Under the pieces are notes generated by a model. The model had not been told where the DNA came from, made no database searches, and saw only the letters and a program-made list of their open reading frames with translations. Made by a program: the position numbers and the translations under genes. Positions 32,489-43,422 of a stretch of DNA of 64,000 nt are shown piece by piece (within the stretch, counting starts at the first letter, position 1; every line of letters begins with the position of its first letter). Source of the stretch: Gammaproteobacteria bacterium (GTDB lineage: Bacteria; Pseudomonadota; Gammaproteobacteria; Ga0077536); contig CAXXLL010000003.1 of NCBI GenBank assembly GCA_963662545.2, forward strand, positions 2,400,001 to 2,464,000, written 5' to 3'.

Positions 32489-32568
32489 ATTCGCCCGCAA
32501 GCGGGCTCCTACGAGTGCCGGTGGTTTATATCCGGGGCATTGTTGTAGGACCCCGCCTGCGGGCGATT
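32489..32568. repeat. REP doublet (inverted pair)
   Basis: ATTCGCCCGCAAGCGGGCTCCTAC ... GTAGGACCCCGCCTGCGGGCGATT. Confidence 0.82.
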
Positions 32569-32580
32569 CATTCGTAACAC

Positions 32581-34287
32581 CTATTGGACCCGGGCCAGCG
32601 GCCCCCGGACCAGGCGTCCTGGCAGGTTACCGCTGTGTTCATTATTTTCGAGCAGGATTTCGCCGTTGACGACGGTCGCGCTGATACCGGTCGCGGTCTG
32701 TTTTAACCGGGGAGCTCCGGAAGGTAGATCGTTAAGTAGTTCCGGCATGTTCTGAACGATCGTGTCCGGATCGAACACGACGAGATCAGCGTTCATGCCT
32801 TCACGGATCAGGCCGCGGTCATGGAGCCCCCACGCTGTGGATGTATCGTAGGTGATCAAACGCACCGCCTCTTCAAGCGTGAATTCCTGCCTGTCCCTGA
32901 CCCAGTGACTCAGCAAATGCGTTTGCAGCGAAGAATCCATGATCTGGGCGACATGAGCGCCTGAATCGGAAAACGTCACGACGCTGCGCGGGTGCTTCAT
33001 CATCTCGAGAACGTGGTCCTGGTTCTCGTTTGCCAGCGGCTGGCGGAAGAACACCTCGAAATCGCGCTCGATGGCGATATCGATCATCGCTTCAACTGGA
33101 TGGACACCGCGAGCTCTCGCGACGTCCGCCATGACTTCCTCATCGCCGATATCATTAAATAAATATACCCAGTCCCATTCGGGCGGGCGCGGTTCCGCGC
33201 CGACGATGCGCGGACCTTCGTACGGACGGCTCGCCACTTCGACCAGCTTCCGTTTGAATTCAGGATCACGCAGCAGATCTTTTTGTTCATCGAGCGGCTT
33301 CACTCGAAGGTCGCGCCAGACGTCCCAATCATCGAACGGGATATGCGATTTGAACGACAACAAGGTCGAAATCGAACGGCTGTGCGACTGCAGAAACATA
33401 CGGCCGCCCGCATCTGCTACTTCATTGGCAAGTTCGTAAAATAGTGGCCAGACTTCGGGCGCAATGCGCATGCTCGGCATGCCGAAAGTCACCGGTCGTC
33501 CCGACTCGACGGCGAGGTTCTTGAGACGGTCGAAGTATTCCCGCTGCCGTTTGGGATTGCGACCGGGCGCCTCGCTGGCAATTTCGAAAATCCCGGCGCC
33601 AAGATCACCCATGGCGTTGACGATGGCCCGAACCTCTTCCCAGTCGGCGACGCGGCTCGCCACGGGTCGATCATCAGAGGTCAGATGGTTATAGGTACGC
33701 GAGGTCGAAAAGCCGATGGCGCCGGCCCGCACGGCATCCTGCACTTCGCGCTGCATGCGCTCCAGTTCGTCGGGCGTAGCCTGCTCAATGAAGGCGCGTT
33801 CACCCATGACGTAAGTCCTGAGCGCCGAGTGCCCGATGTATCCGCCGTAGTTGATACCCTTCGGCAGTGCGTCGATAACGTCGAGATACTCGGGGAAGGT
33901 CTCCCAACGCCATTCGATGCCCGCCAACATTGCGTCGCGCGACAGGTCTTCGGCGCGCTCCAGGTTGCGGAACACCAGATCCGCGTCCTGCTCGGCACAA
34001 GGTGCCAGAGTAAAGCCGCAGTTGCCCATGATGACGGTCGTCACGCCGTGGTAGCAGGAAGACGAACCCAGGGGATCCCAGAAAATCTGCGCATCCATGT
34101 GGGTGTGGCCATCGACGAATCCAGGAGTTACCACCTGCCCGTCCGCATCGATCGTGCGCCGGGCCCCGCCTTTGATGCGCCCGATATTGACGATCTTGCC
34201 ACCGGCGATACCGACGTCGGCGGGAAAGCGCGCGGCGCCGGAGCCGTCGATTACATAGCCGTTTTTGATGACGAGATCGTATTGCAT
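32581..34287 (-). CDS. N-acyl-D-amino-acid deacylase family amidohydrolase
   Basis: PGFVDGHTHMD, GVTTVIMGNCG, SDSGAH and ADLVVFDP motifs. Confidence 0.9.
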   Translation of the reverse strand: MQYDLVIKNGYVIDGSGAARFPADVGIAGGKIVNIGRIKGGARRTIDADGQVVTPGFVDGHTHMDAQIFWDPLGSSSCYHGVTTVIMGNCGFTLAPCAEQDADLVFRNLERAEDLSRDAMLAGIEWRWETFPEYLDVIDALPKGINYGGYIGHSALRTYVMGERAFIEQATPDELERMQREVQDAVRAGAIGFSTSRTYNHLTSDDRPVASRVADWEEVRAIVNAMGDLGAGIFEIASEAPGRNPKRQREYFDRLKNLAVESGRPVTFGMPSMRIAPEVWPLFYELANEVADAGGRMFLQSHSRSISTLLSFKSHIPFDDWDVWRDLRVKPLDEQKDLLRDPEFKRKLVEVASRPYEGPRIVGAEPRPPEWDWVYLFNDIGDEEVMADVARARGVHPVEAMIDIAIERDFEVFFRQPLANENQDHVLEMMKHPRSVVTFSDSGAHVAQIMDSSLQTHLLSHWVRDRQEFTLEEAVRLITYDTSTAWGLHDRGLIREGMNADLVVFDPDTIVQNMPELLNDLPSGAPRLKQTATGISATVVNGEILLENNEHSGNLPGRLVRGPLARVQ

Positions 34288-34485
34288 TGGCGTTGCCGAC
34301 TAGGTCAGGGAGTCTTCGCAGAGTACCAAGGTTCCGGATTTTCGCAAATTACGGGCGTTGAGGACGGATCGCGATGTCGCAGCCGGACGACCGCGGGCTT
34401 GCGCGTTACGGCGGTTCCGCGTGCAATACGTGCGGAATACGGCGAAAATTCCCAGTGGACCATCCGACCCTTGAAGGTGAGGCAG

Positions 34486-35658
34486 ATGACGGCTTATTCG
34501 ATCATTGACGTCGACACCCATGTCACCGAGGCGCCCGATCTGTGGACGAGCCGGGTACCGGCGCACATGCGCGATGCCGTGCCGCAGATCCGGATCGACA
34601 AACGCGGCCGCAACATGTGGTACATCGGCGACCAAGTGATCGCCAAACTCGGGCTGAGCGCGACAGCCGGTGTCGGCGATATGAAGAAGCCACCCAACGG
34701 TTACGACGAAATGCATCCCGGCGCTTACGATGCCGATGCGCGGCTCGCGTACATGGACGAGATTGGGATCTGGGCGATGGTTATGTACCCCAACGTTGGT
34801 GGATTCGGTAATCAGGCATTCCTCAAACTCGGCGATGCCGAATTGATGTTGACCTGCGTTCAGGCTTACAACGACTGGCAGACGGAATGGTCGTCCGCCG
34901 ATCCGCGACGCTTGCTGCCGATTACATCGACGCCATTCTGGGACGTGGACGCAGCGGCCGCGGAAGTCCGTCGCTGCGCGGCGATGGGACACAAGGGCAT
35001 TCTGTTCACGGGCGAACCGCAATCTCTGGGACAACCCGTGCTCGGCGACCCGCATTGGAATCCCTTGTGGGAGGTGGCTGTCGAGTACGATCTGCCGATC
35101 AGTTTTCATATCGGTTCCGGCAATATGGAGAGCGGAATCAATCGTGAAAAGATAAAGATTTACGGGCGTATGGCGGCTTTTACCGAAGTGTCGGTGGAAG
35201 TCTTCATGCGCAACGGCGTCCACCTGAGCGATCTGCTGCTTTGCGGTGTGCTGGCTCGTTATCCGGACATCAAGTTTGTGTCCGTCGAGAGTGGCATCGG
35301 CTGGATCCCGTTCGTTCTGGAAGCCCTTGATTATCAGTTTACTGACAACCGCGTCGCCGAAGAACGGCCGGATCTGGACATGCTGCCGTCCGCATACTTT
35401 GCGCGTAACGTCTACGGGTGTTACTGGTTCGAACAGATCGCACCACGGCGCCTGATCGACAAGATCGGGGAGGACAACATTCTGTTCGAAACTGATTTCC
35501 CCCACCCGACGTCCTTGTTCGGAGAAGACGTACACGACCGCATCCGCACCGGTTTGAGCGAATGTGACGAGGGCGTGAAACACAAGATTCTTTGGGAGAA
35601 TGCGCGGCGCCTGTACAAGGTCGAACAACCCGAAGCTGCGGTACAGACCATTGACTGA
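34486..35658 (+). CDS. Amidohydrolase_2 family protein
   Basis: IIDVDTHVTE, FHIG, VESGIGW and FETDFPH motifs; ATG after a GAAGG/GAGG SD. Confidence 0.9.
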   Translation: MTAYSIIDVDTHVTEAPDLWTSRVPAHMRDAVPQIRIDKRGRNMWYIGDQVIAKLGLSATAGVGDMKKPPNGYDEMHPGAYDADARLAYMDEIGIWAMVMYPNVGGFGNQAFLKLGDAELMLTCVQAYNDWQTEWSSADPRRLLPITSTPFWDVDAAAAEVRRCAAMGHKGILFTGEPQSLGQPVLGDPHWNPLWEVAVEYDLPISFHIGSGNMESGINREKIKIYGRMAAFTEVSVEVFMRNGVHLSDLLLCGVLARYPDIKFVSVESGIGWIPFVLEALDYQFTDNRVAEERPDLDMLPSAYFARNVYGCYWFEQIAPRRLIDKIGEDNILFETDFPHPTSLFGEDVHDRIRTGLSECDEGVKHKILWENARRLYKVEQPEAAVQTID

Positions 35659-35669
35659 TCAGGCTCGAT

Positions 35670-35966
35670 ATGACCGAAATCCAGACCCCCTTCCTGGAAT
35701 TTCGCGAAATTCTTGCGCTTCATATCAAAGAAATTGAAGCACAGTATGTCGAACGCCATTCGATTGACTGGTATTTTTTAAGCTATCTGAAACGGGTATC
35801 GAAAAGCGCCATATCGACATCCTCCCCTCACGAAGTGAGCGGTGCCGTACGTGGTCTCACCCGATTTTACGTGGATTCAGTCGATGCGGGTTCGACCCTC
35901 GGCCGGCGCTTTGAAGAGGTCGTCAGTTTTCACCGACGCGCGGTCCGCCTCTATCGGCGTGAATGA
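35670..35966 (+). CDS. Hypothetical protein
   Basis: 98-aa ORF 11 nt after the amidohydrolase, same strand. Confidence 0.55.
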   Translation: MTEIQTPFLEFREILALHIKEIEAQYVERHSIDWYFLSYLKRVSKSAISTSSPHEVSGAVRGLTRFYVDSVDAGSTLGRRFEEVVSFHRRAVRLYRRE

Positions 35967-36120
35967 CTGATCCTGTGTAGTGGGTGCTGAACCCCCACAC
36001 TATCAGTATCTTGCTCGGCCTGGGCATCGGGTTAAGCGCTAAGTCGACTGTTCGTGCGGGTTGTCCCTGCGATGGGAAAATCCCTATAATTTTTGCCATT
36101 CATCGGCCCGGGAGTTCGAG

Positions 36121-37944
36121 ATGAAACGACGGCTCACAGCGTTTTCGATTGCGCGTATCGCAGCCTTATCGATGGCCGTTAGTGCCGCCGCGGACGAGGC
36201 GTGGGAGGGCGATCTGTCGCCAATCGATCCGGCCGGCTGGAATCAGGCGACGGCGCGCCACCTGATTGAACGGGAGGGATTGGGCGGCACGCCCGCGGAT
36301 ATCGATGCGCTCGCCGCAATGACACCCACCCAAGCGGTTCGCCACATGGTTCACTTCGAGGGTGCGATACCTGCCGAACTGCAATCATTCGATCATTCCG
36401 GCATCTTCGAGGAAGGCCTCGATCCTTTTCCGCCGAGCCGGCCGGCAACCACGGCGCTGGCGCAAGAACACGGTGAAGCGCTCGGTATCAAGGTGAAGCC
36501 ATCGGGCAACCGTCCGATGCAGGCGATCGTCGACAAGTTCTTCTACTGGCTGCGCGCCAGCCGCCTGGAAACGGATCGGGTGGCGTACTGGTGGGCGAAC
36601 CGGATGCTGGTAACGCCTTATCCTCTGCAGGAAAAGACGGTACTGTTCTGGCACGGTCATTTCGCGACGAACGAGGACAAGATCCGCGATTACCGCAAGC
36701 TATTAAAGCAGCTCGAGCTGTTTCAACGCGAAGGACTGGGTAATTTCCACACCCTGTTGATCGGTGTCGCCCAGGATCCGGCCATGCTCGCGTTTCTCGA
36801 TGCCGGGGTCAACGTAAAAGGCTCGCCCAACGAGAACTTTGCGCGAGAGATCATGGAATTGTTCACCATGGGCGTCGGTAACTACACCGAGCGTGACATT
36901 CGTGAAGGTGCTCGTGCCTTTACCGGGTGGAATTAATCAGGGCTCGAATTCCGGGTCGACCCTGCCAAGCACGATGACGATGAAAAGGAATTTCTCGGCC
37001 GCAAGGGCGATTTCGACGGTATCGACGTCATCGACATCATTCTCGAACAGGAGGTCACGGCCGAGTTCATCGCGGCCAAGCTCTATCGCTTCTTCGTACG
37101 CGAAGACATCACGCCGGAATTCAAAGCACGTCTCGGTAAGCTGCTCAAGGACGCCGATTGCGAAATCGCGCCCTGGCTAGAAACCGTTTTTCTGTCGCGC
37201 GATTTCTACGCCGCATCTTCAATCGGCACACGGATCAAAAGCCCCGTCGAACTGGTCATTTCAACCTATCGCAAGCTTGGTCTGGACGTCGTACCGGGAG
37301 CGCCCGATTTCAACCTCGTCACTGGCGCCCTGGGACAGCGCCTGATGCATCCGCCCACGGTCGCGGGCTGGAGTTATGGCCGCAGCTGGATCACGCCGAG
37401 TCTGTTGATCGAACGGGGTAATTTTGCGCTGGACGTGGTGTTTCCCGATATCGTCTTCGTGCCCAATGACCGCTATCCGGAATACCCGAGCGGCCCCGAG
37501 ATACGGGCAGTCCACAGGCGTCTGCGCGATGGCGAAGACATCGCTTCGGCCACCCGCCCCGTCGATGCCGTCCAGGTCGACGGCATGATGTCGATGTCCA
37601 ACACCGTCGATCGCGATGAAGCCTTCAACACCCGCTACGGGAGCTACCGCGGCTGGCAAACTGCCATCGAACGCGTCAAGCCCATCGTGCGCCACCTGGC
37701 GAACTTCAACCTGGCGAAGATGGTGATGGCACGGGAACTGGCGACGCCCGTCGCGGTGGTGGACTATTTCATGCACCGGTTTTTCTCGGTCCCGCTGGAC
37801 TTAACGACCCAATCCATGCTCGCCGACGCGCTCGAGCATGATCTCGGCACAGGTGCGGTTTTGTCCGCGGAAACGTACATGGAAGGGCCCTTGCGGGTGT
37901 TGCTGCACCTGATGCTGAGCCGGCCCGAATATCAATTAGGCTGA
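36121..37944 (+). pseudogene. DUF1800 family protein interrupted by an in-frame TAA at 36934-36936
   Basis: FWHGHFAT, PNENFAREIMELFTMG and ARAFTGW motifs precede the stop. The same frame stays open afterwards (HD...K.FLG, IKSPVE, PPTVAGW, PEYQLG). Confidence 0.85.
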
Positions 37945-37948
37945 CATC

Positions 37949-39157
37949 ATGTTGAATCGACGCACGCTTCTCAAACGTACCGCCCAGGGGCTTGGCGGCT
38001 TGGGTCTCTTCTCCGGCAGCCTTTTATCGCCAGTCGCGCGCGCCTTCGCGGCCGAGGCGGCACGCGAAGATCGGATCCTGGTCGTGTTCGAGCTATCCGG
38101 CGGCAACGATGGTCTGAATACGGTCGTCCCTTTCTCTGACGACACCTATTACCGACTACGACCGCAGATCGGCATCAGGCCGGCTGATTTACTGAAACTG
38201 GACGATGACTGGGGATTCAACCCCGGACTGTTGGGCCTCCAGCGCCTTTGGAATGACGGACAGCTCGCGATCGTACACGGCTGTGGTTACGAGCGGCCGT
38301 CTTTTTCACACTTCACGTCCATGGCTTACTGGCATACCGCCTCGCCTAACAGCGGTGACGAGTACGGCTGGTACGGGCGTCTGGCTGATGCGATGGCGAG
38401 TGAAGCGCGGGCGAATTTTCTGATCAACATCGACACCGCACAGTCCCTGGCGGTCAAGAGCCGTATTCATACGCCCGTGGTGTTCGACGATCCGGAGCGC
38501 TTCAAGCGCAATGCGCTTTTGCAGGAAAAAGCCATTCTCGATTACGTCGACGACCAGTTCGGAAAAAACGCAACCCTCGACTACCTCAACCTCGTCGCAC
38601 GCGGCGCGCGCGAAGCCTCTGCGCTGATTCGCCAGGCTTGGGCGAACTACCGCTCACCGATCGACTACGGCATCGCCCCATCTCAATTCCGCAAGGTGGC
38701 GGCGTGTATCGCCGCGGGCCTGCCCACCCGGCTCTACTACATTGCGTTTCCCAACAACGCTTTCGATACCCACGTGCAGCAACCCGATCTGCACCGGCGT
38801 CTGTTGAGCTATGCGAGCGACGCGGTACACGGTTTCCTGCACGATATGGAGCGCATCGGATACGCAGACCGCGTATGCGTCATGATGTTTTCGGAGTTCG
38901 GACGGCGTGCGCCGGAAAACGCGAATCTGGGCACCGATCACGGCGCCGCCAACCTAATGATGCTGGCGGGCAAAGCCGTGCACGGTGGCCATTACGGCGA
39001 GCCGCCGAGCCTGGTGGACCTGGATGACGGGGACAATCTGATCTACACGACGGATTTCCGGCGCGTCTACGCGACGGCTATCGACGGCTGGCTCAAAGTT
39101 GGCGCGGCAGACACCGTACTCAAAGGGCGGTTCGATCCGTTCCCGATCTTCGCCTGA
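37949..39157 (+). CDS. DUF1501 family Tat-exported protein
   Basis: NRRTLLK Tat leader; LSGGNDGLNTVVP, FDTH, SEFGR and GTDHG motifs. Confidence 0.92.
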   Translation: MLNRRTLLKRTAQGLGGLGLFSGSLLSPVARAFAAEAAREDRILVVFELSGGNDGLNTVVPFSDDTYYRLRPQIGIRPADLLKLDDDWGFNPGLLGLQRLWNDGQLAIVHGCGYERPSFSHFTSMAYWHTASPNSGDEYGWYGRLADAMASEARANFLINIDTAQSLAVKSRIHTPVVFDDPERFKRNALLQEKAILDYVDDQFGKNATLDYLNLVARGAREASALIRQAWANYRSPIDYGIAPSQFRKVAACIAAGLPTRLYYIAFPNNAFDTHVQQPDLHRRLLSYASDAVHGFLHDMERIGYADRVCVMMFSEFGRRAPENANLGTDHGAANLMMLAGKAVHGGHYGEPPSLVDLDDGDNLIYTTDFRRVYATAIDGWLKVGAADTVLKGRFDPFPIFA

Positions 39158-39269
39158 GCGCTTGCGGTAAGGAGTTTGACCGGCGCGGCAAGGAACGGCA
39201 TGTCTCCTTGAACCGAAGATCCCCGGGATGTGTCCAAACCCCGCCTGAATCATCGGTAAATCCAAGCTC

Positions 39270-39977
39270 ATGACCCGCCAGGTTCTCATCGTCGTTCACC
39301 AGAAGGCGTCGAATCCAGGACGCATTGGCGAGTTTCTGGTCGAACGGGGTTACACCCTCGAGCAATGCTGCCCGAACCTCGGGGATCCCCTGCCGCAGGA
39401 TCTGGTGGGATACGCGGCCATCGTCGTCTTCGGCGGACCGCAGAGTGCAAACGACAACCACCTGCCCGGCATCCGGGCCGAGCTCGACTGGCTCGAAGCA
39501 CGCGCGGTGCCTAGCGGACGTCCTCTGCTCGGGATCTGCCTCGGCGCCCAGGAGATCGCCCGCGTGCTGGGCGCGCGGGTTGCACCGCACGACGAAGGCC
39601 TGGTCGAGATCGGATACTGTGAGGTGTCGCCGACCCCCGCAGGCGGCGAATTCCTGAAACGCCCGACGATGTTCTATCAGTGGCACACCGAGACCTTCGA
39701 CATTCCGGCAGGTGCCGTTCATCTGGCTGAAAGCGAGCGCTTCCCGGGCCAGGCTTTTTGTTACGACGGACATGTTTACGGTATCGAATTTCACCCCGAG
39801 ATGACCGGCGACATGATCGAACGCTGGTGCGCTACGAAGAAAGGCCGCCAGAGAATCAAACGGTACGGCGCGCAACCGCCCCAAGTTCAAATGGAAAACT
39901 ACCGGCGCTACGCCACCGAAACGGACCGGTGGCTCGGCTGGTTTCTCGACGAGCTGCTGCTGGCCGGCGCAGAGTAG
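39270..39977 (+). CDS. Class I glutamine amidotransferase-like protein
   Basis: GGPQSAND, GICLGAQ and FHPE triad motifs. Confidence 0.9.
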   Translation: MTRQVLIVVHQKASNPGRIGEFLVERGYTLEQCCPNLGDPLPQDLVGYAAIVVFGGPQSANDNHLPGIRAELDWLEARAVPSGRPLLGICLGAQEIARVLGARVAPHDEGLVEIGYCEVSPTPAGGEFLKRPTMFYQWHTETFDIPAGAVHLAESERFPGQAFCYDGHVYGIEFHPEMTGDMIERWCATKKGRQRIKRYGAQPPQVQMENYRRYATETDRWLGWFLDELLLAGAE

Positions 39978-40066
39978 ACGTCCGGCATACGGTCAGCTTG
40001 GCTTGGCCCGCACTGTTGAATGTCCGTGCCGGACTCAATCCAGTCCCCTATCGCATTCGATCCAGC

Positions 40067-41383
40067 TCAACTTTCAGCCGGCAGTACCGTGCCCTTGGCC
40101 TCCCCGAATCCGATACGCACCGCAGAGGCGGCCTCACACCAGGCACGCAGGATCACCGTATCACCGTCTTCGAGAAACGTACGTGTCTCTCCATTGTCGA
40201 GGGTGATCGACTGCTTCCCACCTTCGCTGAGCTCGAGCATCGATCCCGCTTCTTGGGGTTCGGGGCCCGATTGTGTACCGCTGCCGAACAGGTCCCCGAC
40301 CCGCAGCTGGCAGCCGTTGATCGTGTGGTGCGCCAGCATCTGCGCAACCGTCCAATAGGCATGCCGGTAATTGGATCTCGAAACGCGGCTTGGCGGCTGC
40401 GCCTTGTCGCGCATGCTTTCACTTTGCAGGGACACCGCGAGATTGATATCGAAAGCACCGGTAGTGCGATTCCGCGCCGAATCGAGATACGGCAGCGGCT
40501 GTGGATCGCTCACCGGCCGCGTCCACGATGTTCGAAACGGCGCGAGAGCCTCCAAGGTGACACACCAGGGTGACACCGTCGAGGCGAAACTCTTTGACAA
40601 AAAGGGGCCGAGGGGGCGGTATTCCCAGGCCTGGACGTCGCGTGCCGACCAATCGTTCAGCAGACACAAGCCGAACACGTAATCGTCGGCGTCGTCGAGC
40701 TTGATCGCGTGCCCCGGCTCATTGCCCTGCCCAATGTAGATACCGATCTCGAGCTCGTAATCGAGGCGTCGTGATGGGCCAACTACCGGTTGATCGGCAT
40801 CGGGCGCCTTGAGTTGTCCACGGGGCCGCTTGAATGCCTGCCCCGACACGTCGATTGAGGAGCTGCGTCCGTGGTAGGCGATGGGGATCCATTTGTAATT
40901 CGGCGGCAGCGGAACATCGGGGCGAAACAAGGCGCCTACGGCCATTGCGTGGTAGATGGACGTGAAGAAATCAGTGTAGTCGCCGATCGAAACAGGCAGA
41001 CCCAGTTCAACGGAATCTTGCGGCAGCAGGCACGAGGAGACCAGGTCGCGCGATGTGGAATCCGGTCTCAGCGCGCGCGATAGTGCGAGGCGCAGTTCCG
41101 ACCAGGTCTCCCTGCCCATGGCCATGAATTCGTTCAGTGCGGGCGCACCGCAGGCCATGGCGCCGCGGGCGGCCAGGCCGCTCAAGACATCGGTTGCGGA
41201 AAGCGCGGCGAGGTCGACGATCGCCTCTCCGATCGCAACACAGCCACGCAAGGCGTCCTTGCTCCCGCGCCGCCGGAAGACCGAGAACGGAAGATTCTGA
41301 ATCGGAAAATCCGCTTCATTCCGATTAGCGCTTTCCACCCAGCTTTCCAAAGCCGGATCATGCGTTTCATTCAATCCGGTCAT
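40067..41383 (-). CDS. fahA: Fumarylacetoacetase
   Basis: DFPIQNLPF, GDYTDFF, YHGRSSS, DYELE, NDWSARD and GSGTQSG motifs. Confidence 0.93.
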   Translation of the reverse strand: MTGLNETHDPALESWVESANRNEADFPIQNLPFSVFRRRGSKDALRGCVAIGEAIVDLAALSATDVLSGLAARGAMACGAPALNEFMAMGRETWSELRLALSRALRPDSTSRDLVSSCLLPQDSVELGLPVSIGDYTDFFTSIYHAMAVGALFRPDVPLPPNYKWIPIAYHGRSSSIDVSGQAFKRPRGQLKAPDADQPVVGPSRRLDYELEIGIYIGQGNEPGHAIKLDDADDYVFGLCLLNDWSARDVQAWEYRPLGPFLSKSFASTVSPWCVTLEALAPFRTSWTRPVSDPQPLPYLDSARNRTTGAFDINLAVSLQSESMRDKAQPPSRVSRSNYRHAYWTVAQMLAHHTINGCQLRVGDLFGSGTQSGPEPQEAGSMLELSEGGKQSITLDNGETRTFLEDGDTVILRAWCEAASAVRIGFGEAKGTVLPAES

Positions 41384-41396
41384 CGCGGGAACGCCT

Positions 41397-42359
41397 TCAT
41401 CGTCCGTCGCTGCCGGACGCCCCGGTCGCACGGTCATAGGCGAGCGCCGCCAGGGCCAGATCGCCCAGGGCCAGTCCGCGAAAAACGAAGGCCGTGCGTT
41501 CCTCTTCAGCGGTGCGGCCGGACACCGTCTGCGCTACGAGACCGGAAAGATCGCCATCGATCGTTTCGATGGGCATTAATGGCTGGTCACTCTTCAGTTC
41601 CTGCTCCATGTCGTCGATGAAGACGCGGTCGAACGCCGACATCCCACCCGGCTCCCAGGACATTGCCAGATCGGTGATGGCCGCAAAAGCACCGACGTCC
41701 AGCCAGTGCGCGTCTATAAATGGTTTCACATCGCGAGACAGGGTGACGGAACTTACGACGATATCGGCCCCGGCAAGTGCTTCCCTGGCGGACGTGCTCT
41801 TGACGGCTTCTAGACCCATTGCCGCCGCCGCGTTGCACAAGGCGTCGCGGTTTGCCTGGCCGCGTCCAAATGCACGCATTTCGCTCAACGGGAAAAGCTC
41901 TTTGAACAGGCGCAGATGACTGTGTGCCTGAACACCGCAGCCGATGAGCGCCAGAACCTTGGAGTCGAGTCGCGCGAGCCGCGTTGCGGCGACCGCGCTG
42001 AGTCCGGCAGTCCGCACGCCCGTGATCCAGTTGCCGTCCAGCACCGCGAGCGGGACGCCGGTGGTGCTGTCCGACAAGGTAACCGAGGCATTGATTCCCG
42101 GCATGCCGTGCGCGGCGTTGCCGGGGTTTACGATCAGCGATTTCATCACCATATAGGGCGGGTCGTCGGCGACGGCCAGGGTTCCCATGACGTAGCGGCC
42201 ATCCGGCGGGAGTATCACGGCCTTCGGTGCGTTCCAGACTTCGGCCCGTGCCTGGCCACCTATGAGGTGCTCGATACTTGCAATGACGTCCTGCGCGGTG
42301 ATTCCCAGCACATCCAGACTCGCACCTGACAGGTAAAGCGGTGCCCCAGTGTCGTCCAC
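41397..42359 (-). CDS. Ornithine cyclodeaminase / mu-crystallin (imine reductase) family
   Basis: ITGVRTAG, IGCGVQA and G.ALGDLA motifs; GTG start estimated. Confidence 0.87.
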   Translation of the reverse strand: MDDTGAPLYLSGASLDVLGITAQDVIASIEHLIGGQARAEVWNAPKAVILPPDGRYVMGTLAVADDPPYMVMKSLIVNPGNAAHGMPGINASVTLSDSTTGVPLAVLDGNWITGVRTAGLSAVAATRLARLDSKVLALIGCGVQAHSHLRLFKELFPLSEMRAFGRGQANRDALCNAAAAMGLEAVKSTSAREALAGADIVVSSVTLSRDVKPFIDAHWLDVGAFAAITDLAMSWEPGGMSAFDRVFIDDMEQELKSDQPLMPIETIDGDLSGLVAQTVSGRTAEEERTAFVFRGLALGDLALAALAYDRATGASGSDGR

Positions 42360-42390
42360 GGTGACGCGGATTCCGTCGGGTAAGGTGAGT

Positions 42391-43227
42391 TTACAGCGTC
42401 GGACGCACCCGGTCCGCGTCCTTGAACAGGATATCACGGAAGGCACTGGCCGCTTTTTCGTGAAACCGCATCGCCTCCGCGTCCAGGTCATGGGCGGGCC
42501 GGGGCGCGCGTGCGAAATGTTCAAAGCGGTCCTCGCCACGTACCAGGGATGCGCTGTCCCAGTCGACGGCAAGTTGCTTCGTGTAGGTCGGAATGTAATG
42601 CATCGAAAGACCGATGCGCCGATCGGCTGATCGATTGGGCGCCGAGGCGTGTGCAAGACGAATATTGTGTAAAGATGCCTGGCCCGGATCCAGTTCCACG
42701 GCGACGGTTTTCGATTCGTCAATGGGCACTGAAATTTTCTGTCCCCGAGTCAGCATGTTGTCGTTCTCGTATTCGTCGGTATGGGGAAGCACCTCGCCCT
42801 TGTGGCTGCCCGGCAGCAACCGCATGCAGCCGCTTTCCAGCGCCGCCGGCGAAAGGGCCAACCACACCGTGACGAGCTCACTCGTGTCGAGCCCCCAGTA
42901 GCGCACGTCCTGATGCCAAGACACGTAGGCGTCGCTCCCGGCCTCCTTGATCCACCAAACCGTGGTCCAGCACAGAATGTCGGGGCCGATCAAGTCTTCG
43001 ACGGCGTCGAGGATGCGGGGATGACGTATGAGTTCGTCGACCCAAGTAAAGATCAAATGGGATTTGCCGCGTTCCGCGCCCGAAATCGGGTGACCTTGCG
43101 AGGCCTCGTAGGCTTCCAGTTTCCCGCGCGCGGCCGTGATTTGATCCGCAGACAAAACATCGATCGGGAAATAGTAGCCTTCCCGTTCGTACTGCTTGCG
43201 AGCCTCTTCGTTCAGAATCTTGGCCAT
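42391..43227 (-). CDS. Phytanoyl-CoA dioxygenase (PhyH) family Fe/2OG dioxygenase
   Basis: WHQD...H.S.PN.S..RR facial-triad motifs. Confidence 0.9.
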   Translation of the reverse strand: MAKILNEEARKQYEREGYYFPIDVLSADQITAARGKLEAYEASQGHPISGAERGKSHLIFTWVDELIRHPRILDAVEDLIGPDILCWTTVWWIKEAGSDAYVSWHQDVRYWGLDTSELVTVWLALSPAALESGCMRLLPGSHKGEVLPHTDEYENDNMLTRGQKISVPIDESKTVAVELDPGQASLHNIRLAHASAPNRSADRRIGLSMHYIPTYTKQLAVDWDSASLVRGEDRFEHFARAPRPAHDLDAEAMRFHEKAASAFRDILFKDADRVRPTL

Positions 43228-43422
43228 ATGATCCATCCTCTCACAACATGGTGAAAACGTCTTGCTAACAAGAACCAAGATTGCCGTCGCGGTTCAGTCT
43301 GCGCGGACGTCTGTGTTCGCTGTGTGCCGGCAAAAGTCACCTACCCACTCGCTGCCGTCGCCGCGGTCATGGTGTAAACTGCCGTTCGCATCTCTCGCGC
43401 AGAATGGCGAATTGGGGGCATT

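Noticed and set aside
33685-34485. N-terminal extensions in the ORF track (also 41397-42722, 48199, 774, 1935)
   Set aside because: They overlap neighbouring real genes, and downstream starts fit the family lengths.
36934-36936. Selenocysteine/pyrrolysine readthrough in DUF1800
   Set aside because: The stop is TAA, not TGA or TAG.
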